From the NCBI GenBank assembly GCA_964247055.1, contig OZ176051.1, positions 11,656,001-11,720,000 of the forward strand: a stretch of DNA of 64,000 bases. Direction: 5' to 3'. Numbering within the stretch: position 1 is the first letter of the stretch; each line of letters starts with the position of its first letter. Position numbers and translations under genes: made by a program. This DNA comes from Paragordius varius. Lineage: Eukaryota > Animalia > Nematomorpha. Shown piece by piece: positions 51,795 through 64,000 of the stretch. The notes beneath the pieces were generated by a model. That model did not search any database, had not been told where the DNA came from, and saw only the letters and a list, made by a program, of their open reading frames with translations.

Positions 51795-53759
51795 CAGTGA
51801 TACTCAAACCGCGGCCCGCGGGCCGCATGCGGCCCTAAGAGTGCTTTAAAATTGCCCTATGACCATATTGATACTTAAATTAATTTTTTTAGATGAATTT
51901 TTAAAATACACATAAACGAATTTTCGCTTATTTTAATATTAATTTATTTTCTTTAGATCTATTTCGTAATTTCTATTTTTTGCCCAATTTGGTAAAATTT
52001 CCCTACATAAAATGATTTAAAAATTTTGGCACACGTTGTCTCTGTTTCTGTATTCTATTATTTTTCTATTTTGAAATTTTTATTGGTTTCCTTTTTTGTA
52101 TTTTAGCAAGCTTTTCACCCAAACTTGCATATGCATATTCTTTTCATTGCTATCCTGCATCATTTTATATAACTCATTCCCATAAAATATTTTTCAAATC
52201 AACATCATTAAATTTTTACCTATTTTTTATAGCATAATTCAAATTATATTCCTATTTTTTGCAAAAATTTACATAATTTTTAAATATAAATTTAAAGGAT
52301 GACATCTAATGAAAAACGTAAATTATCCGATAAAAATCGCTCTTTAAAAAGGAATGGGAAGAAAAATTCTTTGTCGTTTTTAAAAATGTTGATACCTGCC
52401 TTATATGCAAGGACAATATAATTATAAAAAAATACAATATTGAAAAACATTTTACAATCCATCATTCTCATAAATTACCAGAAAATCATGAGGAAAGAAA
52501 CGAAAAATATAAAAAATTAAGGAATTATACCAGAAAGAAAATCTATTATTTTTATAGCTTTCTCCCAGGAAAAGTTGTAACATTAGCTTCGTATGAAATT
52601 GTTATATTATAGGAAAAAATATGAAACCGTTTAGTGATTCCCAACTAATAAAAGAAAGTGGTAGCACTTTTTTCGATAATAATGGTATATCTATGAAAAA
52701 AATTGGTTTCGATCTGCACAGATGGCTGTCCCTCTATGAAACGAAGGATTTATTCCTCTTTTGAAAAACAAATATAATTTGAAAAATATTTACTCAACAG
52801 CAAAACTTGGTTTCGCATGTAAAAGATGAATCACTCAATTCAAATTAAAACGGTTGTGGATATAGTTAACCACATCCGAGAGAATTTAACAGCCGTAAAT
52901 TCTAAACCTTCTGAAAGATATTCACAGTGAGTTTGATGATATTCTTTTGTACACCGCTGTGAGATGGCTAAGCCTTAGAAAGTATTAAATAGATTTTTTG
53001 TTTTAATACATGAGATTGTATTATTCATAAAAGATAACAGAAAGTTTGACGAGGAAATTAATAGTGACTAATGGTGGGTTTTATTTCCTACCTTTGCGAC
53101 ATTTACTTATAGACTTAATCTTAATACAAGTTTTCAAGGGAGCAAAATAATAACCCAATTTGCTAATCAAATCATTTAGCATTTTTATCTAATAAAATGA
53201 CATTAAGATTTGAAGGACTAAGAAATATTAAAAATTGCTTAAAACTCGTTATGGATATATCCAATATTAAGCAACTTAAGCATCTCGGTTTTGATCAGGC
53301 GCATATCATTGAAGAATTCGTAGATTTTAAAAATGATTCCGATTCGGAGGCTATATATAAGGAGAATCGAAGAGAAGAAAGATATGTATGGTTTTGGCAA
53401 GATGTGCCAAATAAATATGAAAATATAAAAAAATGTGCTCAAGTTATCTTAACTGTTTTTTGTCAAGTTACCCGTGGACAGCATATTCAAAATAAGGTAT
53501 CTAACCAAATTTGTCGAAAATTATTGGTTATTATCAAAATAAATGTTGTTATCAAAATATTTATTTTAAACTAAATGGCGCAAAACGAGTTTTTACTTGG
53601 ATTTATATGCGATCCGCAAAAAATTAATTCTCCTGATTTAGAGTATAAATATGTGCATATGTCAAATAGCTATGGATTATTTGCCATTATAAGATTCTGG
53701 CCCTCGAAAAAAATATATATTTTATTTGGCCCGTCAAATTTTTTTCGTGAGTACCACTG
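51795..53759 (+). mobile_element. Defective hAT transposon (Buster/Charlie/SPIN, GTF2IRD2-like transposase) with an internal deletion
   Basis: TIRs cagtgatactc / gagtaccactg; perfect 8-bp TSD ATTTAGAG (51787-51794, 53760-53767). Frameshifted transposase from ATG 52299: KRK..NRSF.KEWEEKFFV..CLIC..KKYNIEKHF, then DILLYTAVRWLS..KVLNRF (about 52940). ORF 53197-53574 is a C-terminal fragment. Confidence 0.92.
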
Positions 53760-54478
53760 ATTTAGAGTAATGAGTGTAATGCTGCGCCGTATTTGTTTTT
53801 AAATACGTAAAACAAAGATAAAGTGGATGTCATTTGTTTAATATTTCAATATTATCCACCCCTGTATTTGAAAAGAAGTTAGGTAGAATCAGAAAAGGCT
53901 ATTAGATATTTGTTATATGAATAACAGACAAAAACAAAAAAATCCAGGCATTGATTTAATAAAGGTCATTTATTAGTGTGGGCAGCTGTTAAATTAATGT
54001 TAGTATGGGCATTTTATGGGAAAAAAAATATTATAAATGGCCTTTGTTTATAGTTGGAGAGCAAAAATTTAAAAAGTGAAATCAGGTGCTAGTTGTGGCG
54101 AATTCCATCCAAATGTACTCTAAAATAAGTTAAATACTTTATTACATAAAATAGGTCTGTAAGAATAGTCCCACAACATATTGCAAATTATTTCATTCTT
54201 GCTCGTTTCCGTTGTCAAAACTTTTAGAGACTGATTTAGATCAGAATATGTTTAGATAATTGAATGTATCAAATTATGTCATCTCTTTCAATTATCAAAA
54301 AACAATCTAAGATCGCACGAACATTCTCAACTAAGAATTCTAATAATTTTTAATTAAATTACATGTCCCAAAAGATATGGCTTCGCGGGCCGCATTTTAG
54401 GATTAAAAATCTCGACGGGCAACATTTGCAATTTTTTAGATTTCAAACTTATGACACTTAAATGTAAATACAATATGA

Positions 54479-56991
54479 TTATGTTTTCAGGTTCTTTGCC
54501 AATTTGATAGACTTATTCAAAAAATTTAAAGAAATATCAATTTCGCTAGGATTTTGTTCTGAATTATAAATTTCCATTTTTTCGCGGTCCCACTCAAAGT
54601 CGTTCAGGGCAATACCCCGCTCTAAACTGTAATATTATTATTATCTTAGTACTTAAAAAACTAATTGGATTAAAATTTATCAATGCCCTCATAATCGTCC
54701 AGTTATATAGATTGTATAGTATACTATGTATTATCAATAATTTATCAATAAAAATGTGTGTATGATTAGACAATGTTCATGATAATGGAATTGTCCAAAG
54801 TATATTTAGGTTTCTATGGTTGTAACTGAAAATAATTGATCCACCGAGTAATTATTGCCATTGAGATGTTTTGGCTACATTTTTATCAAAAGCCAAAAAA
54901 TAATATTCCTCGCAATTCGTTGAATGATATTTTTTAGAACACACTACTTTAAGATGTTATGACATTTGAATTCATTTATCTGTCTTATGTGAAAAAAAGT
55001 TCAGTTATGAAGGCAGGCAGTTCAGGCAGGTAATTACTTAGGGCTAGTTCGACCCCTTGGAAATTAAAATGACTAAATCTCAACACTTGGCTCTTTCCCG
55101 TGCTTTTTCCTTCAATTCGAAAATTATCTTTTACTGATGCGGTGGTGTGAGTAAGTTGTTTTCTAATATTTTATTACAATCGACATAATACCGCATACAC
55201 ATGCGCTCCATATGTTTTAGTAAATGCCTACATTTAAATTCAAACTTAGGCTTAAGTATTTAAATTAAATGCGGATCTTACGGTTTTCATCTAAAAATAT
55301 GGATATATAACAGCCCTTAACTGATAATTTTTACTATAAAAACCGATAGTACTGAAATAAAACTACAGGACAATGTTAATTTATTTAACGGCCTAAAAAA
55401 ATTTCCCTTACTGAACATTTAATGGTGTTATTAAATTCAATAGATATAATTTTAAATGAATTAATATAATACTTAACACTTCATATAAGGTACTGTTATA
55501 TCCCACGATTTGATATTTAAATATCTCAAAAACAATTTAAGATATTAGCTTTTTTAGGCACATGCATCAAATATTTTTTTATAAAAATGCAGATTGGAAA
55601 AAACTCATCTCAAAATATTTTTCTCCCTGATACAACAAACAAAAAATGTATAACTTTAGAAGCTTACGTTTTAACAGCAAACACTTGATATTTGTGTTCA
55701 AAACCAGCTGTTCACTTCAATCGTGTTTTGGCGACTTAATTTTAGACTTTAGTTAAAAAAAGTAAAGTATAATCCTAATTGTTTTATAATTAATTTTCCT
55801 GCGAATTGCATACTGGGCAGTAGAGTATTGAGACACAGAGTGAATCGTGGATTAAATATCAACAGTATTGGCCCCTGTAATGAGCCTTTTTAAACAGCGC
55901 CTATAAAATAATAAGATTTCGCTGATCATCGTTCACTTTTCCAAATTTTAAAGAATGCCCTAATTTTAAGTTATAATCGTAAGGTAGGATTATTATCTGA
56001 CATAAACACAATAGTTCAGTGGTACACGCCAAATTTTAAAGGGCCGCATCCTTGTCTGAAGGGCCGCGCACCACATAATACTGATAAAATTTCATAGCTG
56101 TTTGACATAGGTGACACTTATGCTAAAAATAAGTATATAAAAAAGGGGCCATCAATTTTTAGGGCTGCAAGCGGCTGGTAAAGCGCGGTATGATTGCCAC
56201 TGCAATCGTTTGTGGGTAATATGGATCTATAATATAATAAGCCAAACATAAGAAAATAATAAATTGTTCATTTTTTATATATTTTCTAATATCGATAGCA
56301 TATTATTGATTATTATTAGATAGTATTGGGCCTTTATACGACAACATATGTATTTTTCCCACAATCGGGTTCATTATGGGGGTCCACTGTATCTAGCAAA
56401 TATATTGAATAAATTATTGTCTATGATAAAATCGAGTACATTTCAAACCAATTTATTGTTAAATTATAATGGATACCCCGGAGATGGATTACAGCTATAT
56501 TTCATCTGAGCCAGCAATTTTTTCCATTTTATACTTTTATTTATTAATGGTTTTTTTTGCATTAAACATTACTAATTAGGTATACTTTTAGGTCGGATTA
56601 TTTTATTTTTATTAATTACGAACATTTAAAAGAAATTCGTATCCAAAATCAACAATATTAATATCCCCTAATGTGGCAAAAAAACACGAAAAACGCTATT
56701 TTATTTTAAAGGAAGAAATAAAAACTTTTTTGCAGCATTTTGTTTGAGATCATGTAACAGATGATTTTTAATCAAATTTCGAATATCCATTAACATGCCT
56801 AACAAAACTATCACATTATTTAATTATCAATTGATATAAAATTTTCGAATTAATTATCCAGATAACAATGTTTAATTTCATCCCATCCATCTTTTTTTCA
56901 ATGGAGATTTTACGTTATCTTTAAAATATCCTCGCTGACCCCACCCGAATTTCCAACCCGCTACTGATTCTGGGATATGGCCATCACTCAT
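54479..56991 (-). CDS. Candidate exons of an unresolved minus-strand gene
   Basis: 56991-56914 MSDGHIPESVAGWKFGWGQRGYFKDN|gt; 55162-55038 KQLTHTTASVKDNFRIEGKSTGKSQVLRFSHFNFQGVELAL; 54626-54479 LERGIALNDFEWDREKMEIY...KT*. All are splice-bounded and GC-enriched, but the phases could not be chained and no family was recognised. Confidence 0.25.
56017..56202 (+). mobile_element. Small hAT-type MITE
   Basis: Ends cagtggtac / tgccactg; TSD caatagtt (56009-56016) / caatcgtt (56203-56210); internal gggccgc motifs. Confidence 0.7.
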
Positions 56992-57974
56992 TTATTCTGC
57001 TGAAAAATCAATATTCTTTATCAGAAATATGTGGAAAACAAATATATCTTGTAGATATAAAATGAACGTTAACTGTAATTATTAAAAGCAAGTATGCATA
57101 TATACATATAGAAATAATTATATTTAAATCATTTCAAGGTAGAAAGGCTACCGTAAAAAGAATGGCATGAAAAACAAATGTATACATCTTACATAGGTCA
57201 TACCGATATAAATAAAAGAAGACGCCAATAAAATTAGGCTTTTAGTTATCAATATCGAATATTTTTTATGAAGGTAATAGGGTATATTTTTTAAAAACAA
57301 ATTAAAAAATGAAAGGCTTGCACCAATCTATTAGTTACTTTTTTATTTTTACAGTATGTATCTGTATAGCGATGGATATATATTTTGTAGCATTATGTAG
57401 TAAGTTATCAAGCTATTTTAAAACATCCCAAACATACAAATATTGATACTGCTTTTCAATTTTATACTTACATTTGGAAAATGGAGTAGCTCACTAGGCC
57501 AGGCGTAAATTATAACATAAAAGTATAAATCTAAGACTTTAAAAATATACAATTATTTTATGTATCCATAATTTTATGAAATTAAAATATGCCTTTATGG
57601 TCTTTTATTAGTTTAGAAATTTTATTTAAATATAAACTTTACTGATTCTTTATTTTAATATTTAAATATTCTTTGATTTTATGTTAAGAGCTACAAAAAA
57701 CTTGGAACGAAAAGGCATTTACAGCAAAGTTTCGTGAAAGCATCTTTAATTGTATATGGATGCTATCATTAGAATATAGAAAACTTATGTCAGAGGAAAA
57801 ACCTTTTTTCCCGAGAACTACTTTTTTGGAATAAAATACGCGAGCACATATGGTTATCATTGATTTAAAATTCATTTATCACTTCAACACAAATGGCATA
57901 TGTATCTCTATTTACCGATTGGAATGACCAGCTACAAAAAATAATTATTTTGTTATTTTTATATATAATCTTAA

Positions 57975-60900
57975 TCGATATATTTATAAAAATGGAAAAT
58001 GGTGGCTTTGTAATCTGTTTCCGTAAAACCGGTACACCCCTTCAAATCCTAATGTCGAAAAAATATAATCGTTAACGACAATAGCTGTGCCCTTTTTCAA
58101 TTAGGCCCCCAGTTCCCCGTGTTAACGAGTTTTTTTCGACAACAAAAGTCCACAAACATCGTGTCTTTGAGATAATAATCAGAAAAATGTGTTGGACCAT
58201 TTGATTTCAAATATGATTTTTTTACTTATATTCGATTGCGCCGAACATGGTTGGCCTACTTTTTAATATAGGCCTTTTTTTTTACCGGCTCTCCCCGTAA
58301 AAAGCCAGTTTTTTTGAAAAACTTAGTTCACGAAAATATTTTATTGAATTTATTTTTTCCCAAGGTAGGAAACCGTAAAAATGAGGATTCCAGGTATTCC
58401 CTGTTAAAAGGTAAAAAATGTTGTCGTGCGTTTTTTATATTGGCTGCTAGATAAGGTATTACCCGCTAACAACTGCCCCTTCATATCGAAATATCTTGTC
58501 TTTGGAGCTTAATTTTAGAAAACCTATCAGGCAATATAAGTTCAATAGGTGCTTTAAATATTACTTGCATCAAGGCAAATATTTAGGTCGTGCGGTTTTT
58601 AAAATTAGCGCCCTCCCTAAAAAATGCGCGCCACCATAGAATAATTTTTCAGTTTTGAGGCAATTTTCCAAAAACTAATGAGAGCATATGGAATCAATCA
58701 TGATTACAGGTATTCTCTGTAAAAAGGCAAAAACTTTAATCAGGCGCTTTTTTGCATCAGCCTTTGGGTAGGGAAATCCCCGTCTAAAACTCAGCCACCA
58801 TATCGAAATTGTGTTGTTTAGGAGTTAATTTTCAGAAAACTTATCTGGCCATATAAGTTTAATAAGGGCCTGAAAACCTGTAAAAAGGTAAAAATTCAAA
58901 TTGAGCGGTTTTTTTAATTAGCCGTTATTTAGGCTCTTTACGCCCTAGAATGCGCTATCATGGAACTATATAGTTTTGAATAAACAATTAAGAATATATG
59001 GAATGAATGATGATTACATGTATTCCCCTATAAAGGCAAATTATCGAACGTCTTTTTTATATTATCATCTGGGTAGGGGCCTACCAGCTTGCAACTGCGC
59101 CACCATATCGATACAGGGTGACACTGGAGGCAAATTATAGAAAACTTATCAGGCCATATGAGTTCAATAAGAGCTTAAAATATTACCCGTAAGAAGGCAA
59201 AAATTTGAGAGCGGTTTTCTTAAATCCCTTAATTAGGCCCCTGCCCTGAAAAATGCGCATAGAATGACTTTTTGGTTTTGAGAAAATTTTTCGAAACTCC
59301 CACGAGAGCATATTGAATCCATTATGATTCTAGGTATTACCTGAATTAAGGCAAAAGTTTTAGTCGAGCGTTTTTTTTGTTTCGCCCCTGGTTAGGTGGC
59401 TACTCGTATAAAACTGCGTCACTATCTCGATACAGTATGCCTTTGGAGCCAAATTTCAGCAAACCTATGAGGGTATGTGAGTTCTATAAAGGTCTAAAAT
59501 ATTTATTACCCCTTAAAAAGTAAATATTTTACTATAGGGGGTTATTGTAATGAGTCGCTAAGTATAATTTTATGCCCTGAAAAATGCGCCGCCATAGAAC
59601 AATAGTTTTGAAGCAATAATTCCAAGAACTTATAGAAACATATAGAATCCATGATAATTCCAGATATTCCCCATATAAAGGCAAAGATCTTGTCCAACGC
59701 TTTCTTATACCTGCCCTGGGTAAGGGGCTACCCACTAACATGCGCCACACTATATAGAAATTGCGTTGTTTTGGAGCTAATTTACAGAAATATAAAGCCA
59801 TATGAGCTCATTAAATGCTTGAAAAATTACCCATAACTAGATAAAAATTAAGGTCATTGGTTTTTTTATAAGCCGTTAATTTGGGGCCTAAGACCTAAAA
59901 CTACCCCATCATATAACGATTATTTAGTGTTGAGGTATATTTTGAGTAATTATGAGCCGATGGTATCAAAGATGATTCCAAATATTTGCCCTATAAGGCA
60001 TCACCGTTTTTTGTAGATATTATGGGAAAGGGTCTACCGGTTTAAAACTGAGACGCTATACAAAATGAGGTGGTTTTGGAGCTTATTTTTAAAATTAAGA
60101 AGCTATACGAGTTCAATCAAGGCTTTAAATCCCTGCCATAAAAATGTAAAAATATAGTATAGCGATTTTTTTCGTTAGCCGTCCATTTGGGGCCTTCACA
60201 CCAGTAAATGTATTAGTATGAATGCAGAGTTTGAAAATTCTATGAAGTACAGTTTTGAAAATCCTATGAGATTAACTATTAAATAATGTTTCGAAATAAT
60301 CCACATATATGGATCACAATTTTGTTGAGCCTTTATTTCGAATAACGGCTTCGCAGGCTCTAATCCAATTGGGTGTAAGCCATATATACCTGCTCCCTAA
60401 GGACAAATTACGCTCATAGTAACTGGATCACAGGTAATCCTTTAATATATATATATAGGAATTTTAAATGTGGGTAAGTCAAACCTTTTTTCCCATAAGG
60501 ACAAAATTATACATGTCTTTTTAATTAAGAATTTTTTCGCAAGTTTCACCCAATAATTGCTTAGGTTTTTTATACTAAGATCATTAATGAATAAATATTT
60601 TTTTGCAAACATTGTTTAACACTTGGATACAACACATTGATTTTAGTCCTCCGATTCAAATTGGGGTAGTTAAATACCTCAAGCCTGTTTAAAATTAAAT
60701 TCTTCAAAAAATATGGAAGGAATCGAAACCATGGCAAAATCGTGTACTTGTATAACATTAACAAACCGAAATATATAAAAAAATTTATTCAAAAATAATT
60801 GATATTACTTATTTTAAGCTAAAACCGAAAGGTAAAAACTTGGAACATGACATGCGTGCAATGGTAAAATTAAAAAATAATACCAAACAAAGAGCTTTTT

Positions 60901-61337
60901 CTATTTCTATCAATGTTAGATGTAATTTAAATAAAAAATTGGCTATAGAAGATGATATTTGCAAAAATTTGCAAAATAAAAATGGCGTCGAAGTAGTTTG
61001 ACATGATTTTTTCATAACAATTTATATAGATATTTTGGCATTATATAATTTTTCTTAGGATAGAAGCATAAATTTAAATTGAGATTGTTTGCTTCAGTAG
61101 TTTTTTAAATATCTTAACTCAAATTTAGTCTGGGGTATATAGATACCCCAATTTGAATCGAAGTGTTAAATTTGATATGCTTGGGGCCTTTATACCCTTA
61201 AACCCGCTAAAAAATATGTTTTTGAGGCTTTTTTCCCCATTATTATAAGATCATACGCATATAAAGGGAAAAAATTTGCCCCCCCAAAAGTCCCGAAGAC
61301 TTTCTCGGGCTGCCTAGCATCACTAGATTTACACTAG
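57975..61337 (+). mobile_element. Long non-autonomous Helitron family A with about 12 internal tandem units; probably extends to CTAG 61337 and carries a nested MITE
   Basis: 5' A|TCGATATATTTATAAAAATGG at 57975; array about 58390-60200; atccacatat(a)tggat at about 60300; family 3' end ctcgggctgcctagcatcactagatttacaCTAG|T at 61337. Continuity across 60350-60615 is inferred. Confidence 0.75.
60620..61165 (-). mobile_element. piggyBac-like TTAA MITE, full length
   Basis: TTAA at 60616-60619 and 61166-61169; termini CACTT/AAGTG; inner inverted repeat cgattcaaattggggta / taccccaatttgaatcg. Confidence 0.9.
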
Positions 61338-61582
61338 TTTTATATAAAAAATAATTATTCAGAAGACCTCTGGATGCCACAATAAGTACAATCATTAAGA
61401 CATTTACTATTAATTCATTAAATTAACAATGGATATTAACTGTACATCTTGCGACTGATTATAGATGATTGAAGTAAAAAATGGATTATAGACCTTGGAA
61501 AATGTCTTCCTCAATTACTAGATTTTATGGATTATGCATACAAGGTTTAAAATTGTTATATCGTATTGTTTTTATAGATATA

Positions 61583-62169
61583 CTAATGTAAATCTCGTGC
61601 TGCTGCGCAGCCCGAGGAAGTCCTTCGGAATTTTTTTTTTTGGGGGGGGGGGGACAGCTATTTGAAAAAAGGGACAATAAAATGATCCACATATGTGGAT
61701 TATTCGAAACATTATTTAATAACTATGATTTCATTTTAAAACGGTGCATTCATATTAATATATTGTTTACTTGGGCGAAAAGAGTCAAAAAATTATTTTT
61801 GTGGACTTTGTTTTTTGAAAAATGGCCTTTTACGGGAGGAGCAGGTAAAAAGAGGGCCTAAATTAATGCGAGCCGACTATGTTCGGCGCAATCGAAAATA
61901 AGTAAACAAAAATCATATTTGAAATTGAGTGGTCTAACACGTTCTCCGGATAATTGTCTCAAAGATTTTTCTGGACTTGTGTTTTCAAAAAACCCGTTAT
62001 TCACACGGGGTGGGCCCGAACTGGGAGCCTAATTCAAAAAAAGGGCGAAGCTATTGTCGGGGCATTCATTAATGATTATATTTTTTCGATATTTGGATTT
62101 GAATGGGTTTACCTGTTTTCCGTAAACAGATAACAAAGCCAGCACTTTCCATTTTTATAAATATATAGA
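61583..62169 (-). mobile_element. Short non-autonomous Helitron family A without the internal array
   Basis: 5' A|TCTATATATTTATAAAAATGG at 62169; 3' hairpin gctgcgcagc then gcacgagatttacaTTAG|T at 61583; colinear with 15130-15551 and with the reverse complement of 23295-24338. Confidence 0.85.
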
Positions 62170-62742
62170 TTAAGACATTATTACTTATAGATCTATTTTA
62201 CAGAAGAATTATTCATTTCATAAGTGAAAGTAAATCGTCCCTTTTTCATGCGATATCTTAGAAAAATTATACATTGAAAACCAATAAAAAACAGTAATTT
62301 GAAGCATTTTTCTAATTTGACGTCTAAATTGCTTTTAAAAATGTTCTGATTAAGATTATCACCTCTTCGCTAAATTGTGTTTTTAATTTTCTGTTTATAA
62401 TATTCTTTTTGTCTTCAGAATTTTAAGACAATAGAGAAGCTTTACGGAGCTTCTTACAAATTTGTCCATAAAAAGATTTGTTGTTTTTTATTACCATTTC
62501 CGATATTTTGAAGGTGCGATTAATTAATTTGCTGTAATTTTACAATGCAGTGTTTCTGGGCACTTTGAGCCTATCAGAATCGTATTTTTATAATTCATGT
62601 TAATAAAATGTGTTTGGATATTTGCCTTTTTAGGCAAAGTCACGGTTAATTTACAAATCAAACAAGTAATTTATCATCATTGAAAAAAAACCCATTCATT
62701 TCTATAACGATATATTTAGCATTTTCTAACTTGGATTATTGA

Positions 62743-63035
62743 TCATATTATATTATAAGTTTGAAGGATACCTCCTTATGTTTTTTCGCTAAATTTAAAC
62801 TATTTTTCAAGCAATTTACGAATATATTTATAAATAAATTGCTTAAAATAAATTTTAACAATACAAAATAAAAATATACGAATAAATTATAATTTTGTGG
62901 AGAAAATATTCTATGCATAAATATTTTATGCATTTTTTTAAAAATTTTCAGACGGTCAAGCTCTGAAATTTCGCGGTCACGAAAATAGATAATAACTTAA
63001 TCAAATTATGTAGAATAACGGCAACCCGAAACTAG
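62743..63035 (+). mobile_element. Probable second non-autonomous Helitron family (B)
   Basis: A|TCATATTATATTATAAG at 62743; internal gctctgaaattt; short hairpin cggcaacccg then aaaCTAG|T at 63035. Single copy in the window. Confidence 0.5.
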
Positions 63036-63196
63036 TATATTATTATTTAATAGAGATGTTTATATATGATCGTCATCATATCAATGAAATCCTTCATTAT
63101 CATTTGAAAATGTTATAGTTGTGACTATGATATCGACTCACTATTTGTATTATCTTAGTCGATTGATATATTTGAAAACTATTAGTTTGTTTACAG

Positions 63197-63484
63197 CAGT
63201 TCCCAAAAGTGGGCAACGCCCCCTGCGCGAAAAATTTGGAGAAATCAATTATAAGATAAAACTAGAAACAAATTAGAGTTTAATAAGGATCTTAAAAATT
63301 TATCAATATTTGTCCCCGATATGCAGATAATATTTCAACAATGGCAGATATAAGGATCTAATTGATAATCATTTTTATAATGTTATAATAAGATTTGCAT
63401 TTTTATTTTTTGGGGGAGGGGGGGACGCAAGAAAATTTTTAATTTATGGGGAGGTGGGGAACGAAAACAGGTTAGTAACCACTG
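63197..63484 (+). mobile_element. hAT-type MITE
   Basis: Perfect 8-bp TSD GTTTACAG (63189-63196, 63485-63492); ends cagttccc / gtaaccactg. Confidence 0.82.
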
Positions 63485-63846
63485 GTTTACAGAATCGTTT
63501 TTATAAATTAATTGTATTTAGTTACATTTACCATAGATGGTCTATTGTGACTTATTTGTCATTGTATATAATAAAGATAAAACAGAGATAAAAACGGAAC
63601 AAATACCTTTGAATATAATTAACATTCCATTACCTTTTAGAGTAGTTTTATTTCCAATTAAAATTTGAATACCTTAAAAAGTATTTAAGGTAAATTAAAT
63701 ATGCTTACCTTAGTCTTTAGGAACATTATACAATTTTTTTTTAAAAAAATGCAAAATTCAAAGTTACTCATTTTAAACTTCGCGTCATTTATTTCTATTA
63801 TATAATGTATGTTATAATTATAAAATGTAAATAATTAACTTTAAGA

Positions 63847-64000
63847 CAGTGATTCCCAACCTTTTTTTGCTCACGTCCCGACAAATTGAAAATAAAAATT
63901 CTTGCGCCTCCCTCTCAAAAAAATCAAGATAAACATGTAAAATATATTATATTATGAAAATCCCAAACAATGATATCCTCATATCTGCATTTTTTATATT
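63847..64000 (-). mobile_element. End of another copy of the 63197-63484 hAT MITE family in opposite orientation, cut by the window edge
   Basis: cagtgattcccaacc terminus; aaaattcttgcgcctccc is the reverse complement of the gggggacgcaagaaaattttt segment at about 63420. Confidence 0.55.

Noticed and set aside
55040-55060. GTTCGA T-loop-like motif (a similar one at about 11595)
   Set aside because: No cloverleaf or A-box context; not a tRNA.
58390-60200. Regularly spaced repeats that could suggest a CRISPR array
   Set aside because: Whole units are homologous and degenerate with no unique spacers; eukaryotic context; no cas genes.

Overview
Very AT-rich animal genomic DNA with spliceosomal GT-AG introns; an invertebrate, probably an ecdysozoan given the cuticlin-like gene (inference). 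The six-frame ORF track is mostly uninformative because the real genes are split into short exons. Splicing by hand gives four protein-coding genes. (1) A secreted ZP-domain (cuticlin/dusky-like) gene on the minus strand, 5044 to <777, running off the left edge. (2) A previously unrecognisable micro-exon gene on the plus strand, about 21474-34481: a signal peptide followed by about 28 symmetric phase-1 exons, many exactly 21 nt (one heptad). This architecture is best known from schistosome MEGs. (3) A type II membrane coiled-coil protein (GOLM1/CASC4-like architecture), 41259-42159, with two 22-nt introns. (4) A GM2-activator/ML-domain gene on the minus strand, 50023-42567, with an enlarged ML domain. 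The rest is dense with transposons: a 5'-truncated RTE LINE, two decayed Mos1-like mariners, a decayed Buster/Charlie hAT with a perfect 8-bp TSD, several hAT and Tc1 MITEs, a TTAA piggyBac-like MITE family (including a self-nested copy), a foldback family, a Gypsy integrase relic, and non-autonomous Helitrons with internal higher-order tandem arrays. No rRNA, tRNA or CRISPR is supported. All gene models are manual and unverified by transcripts.
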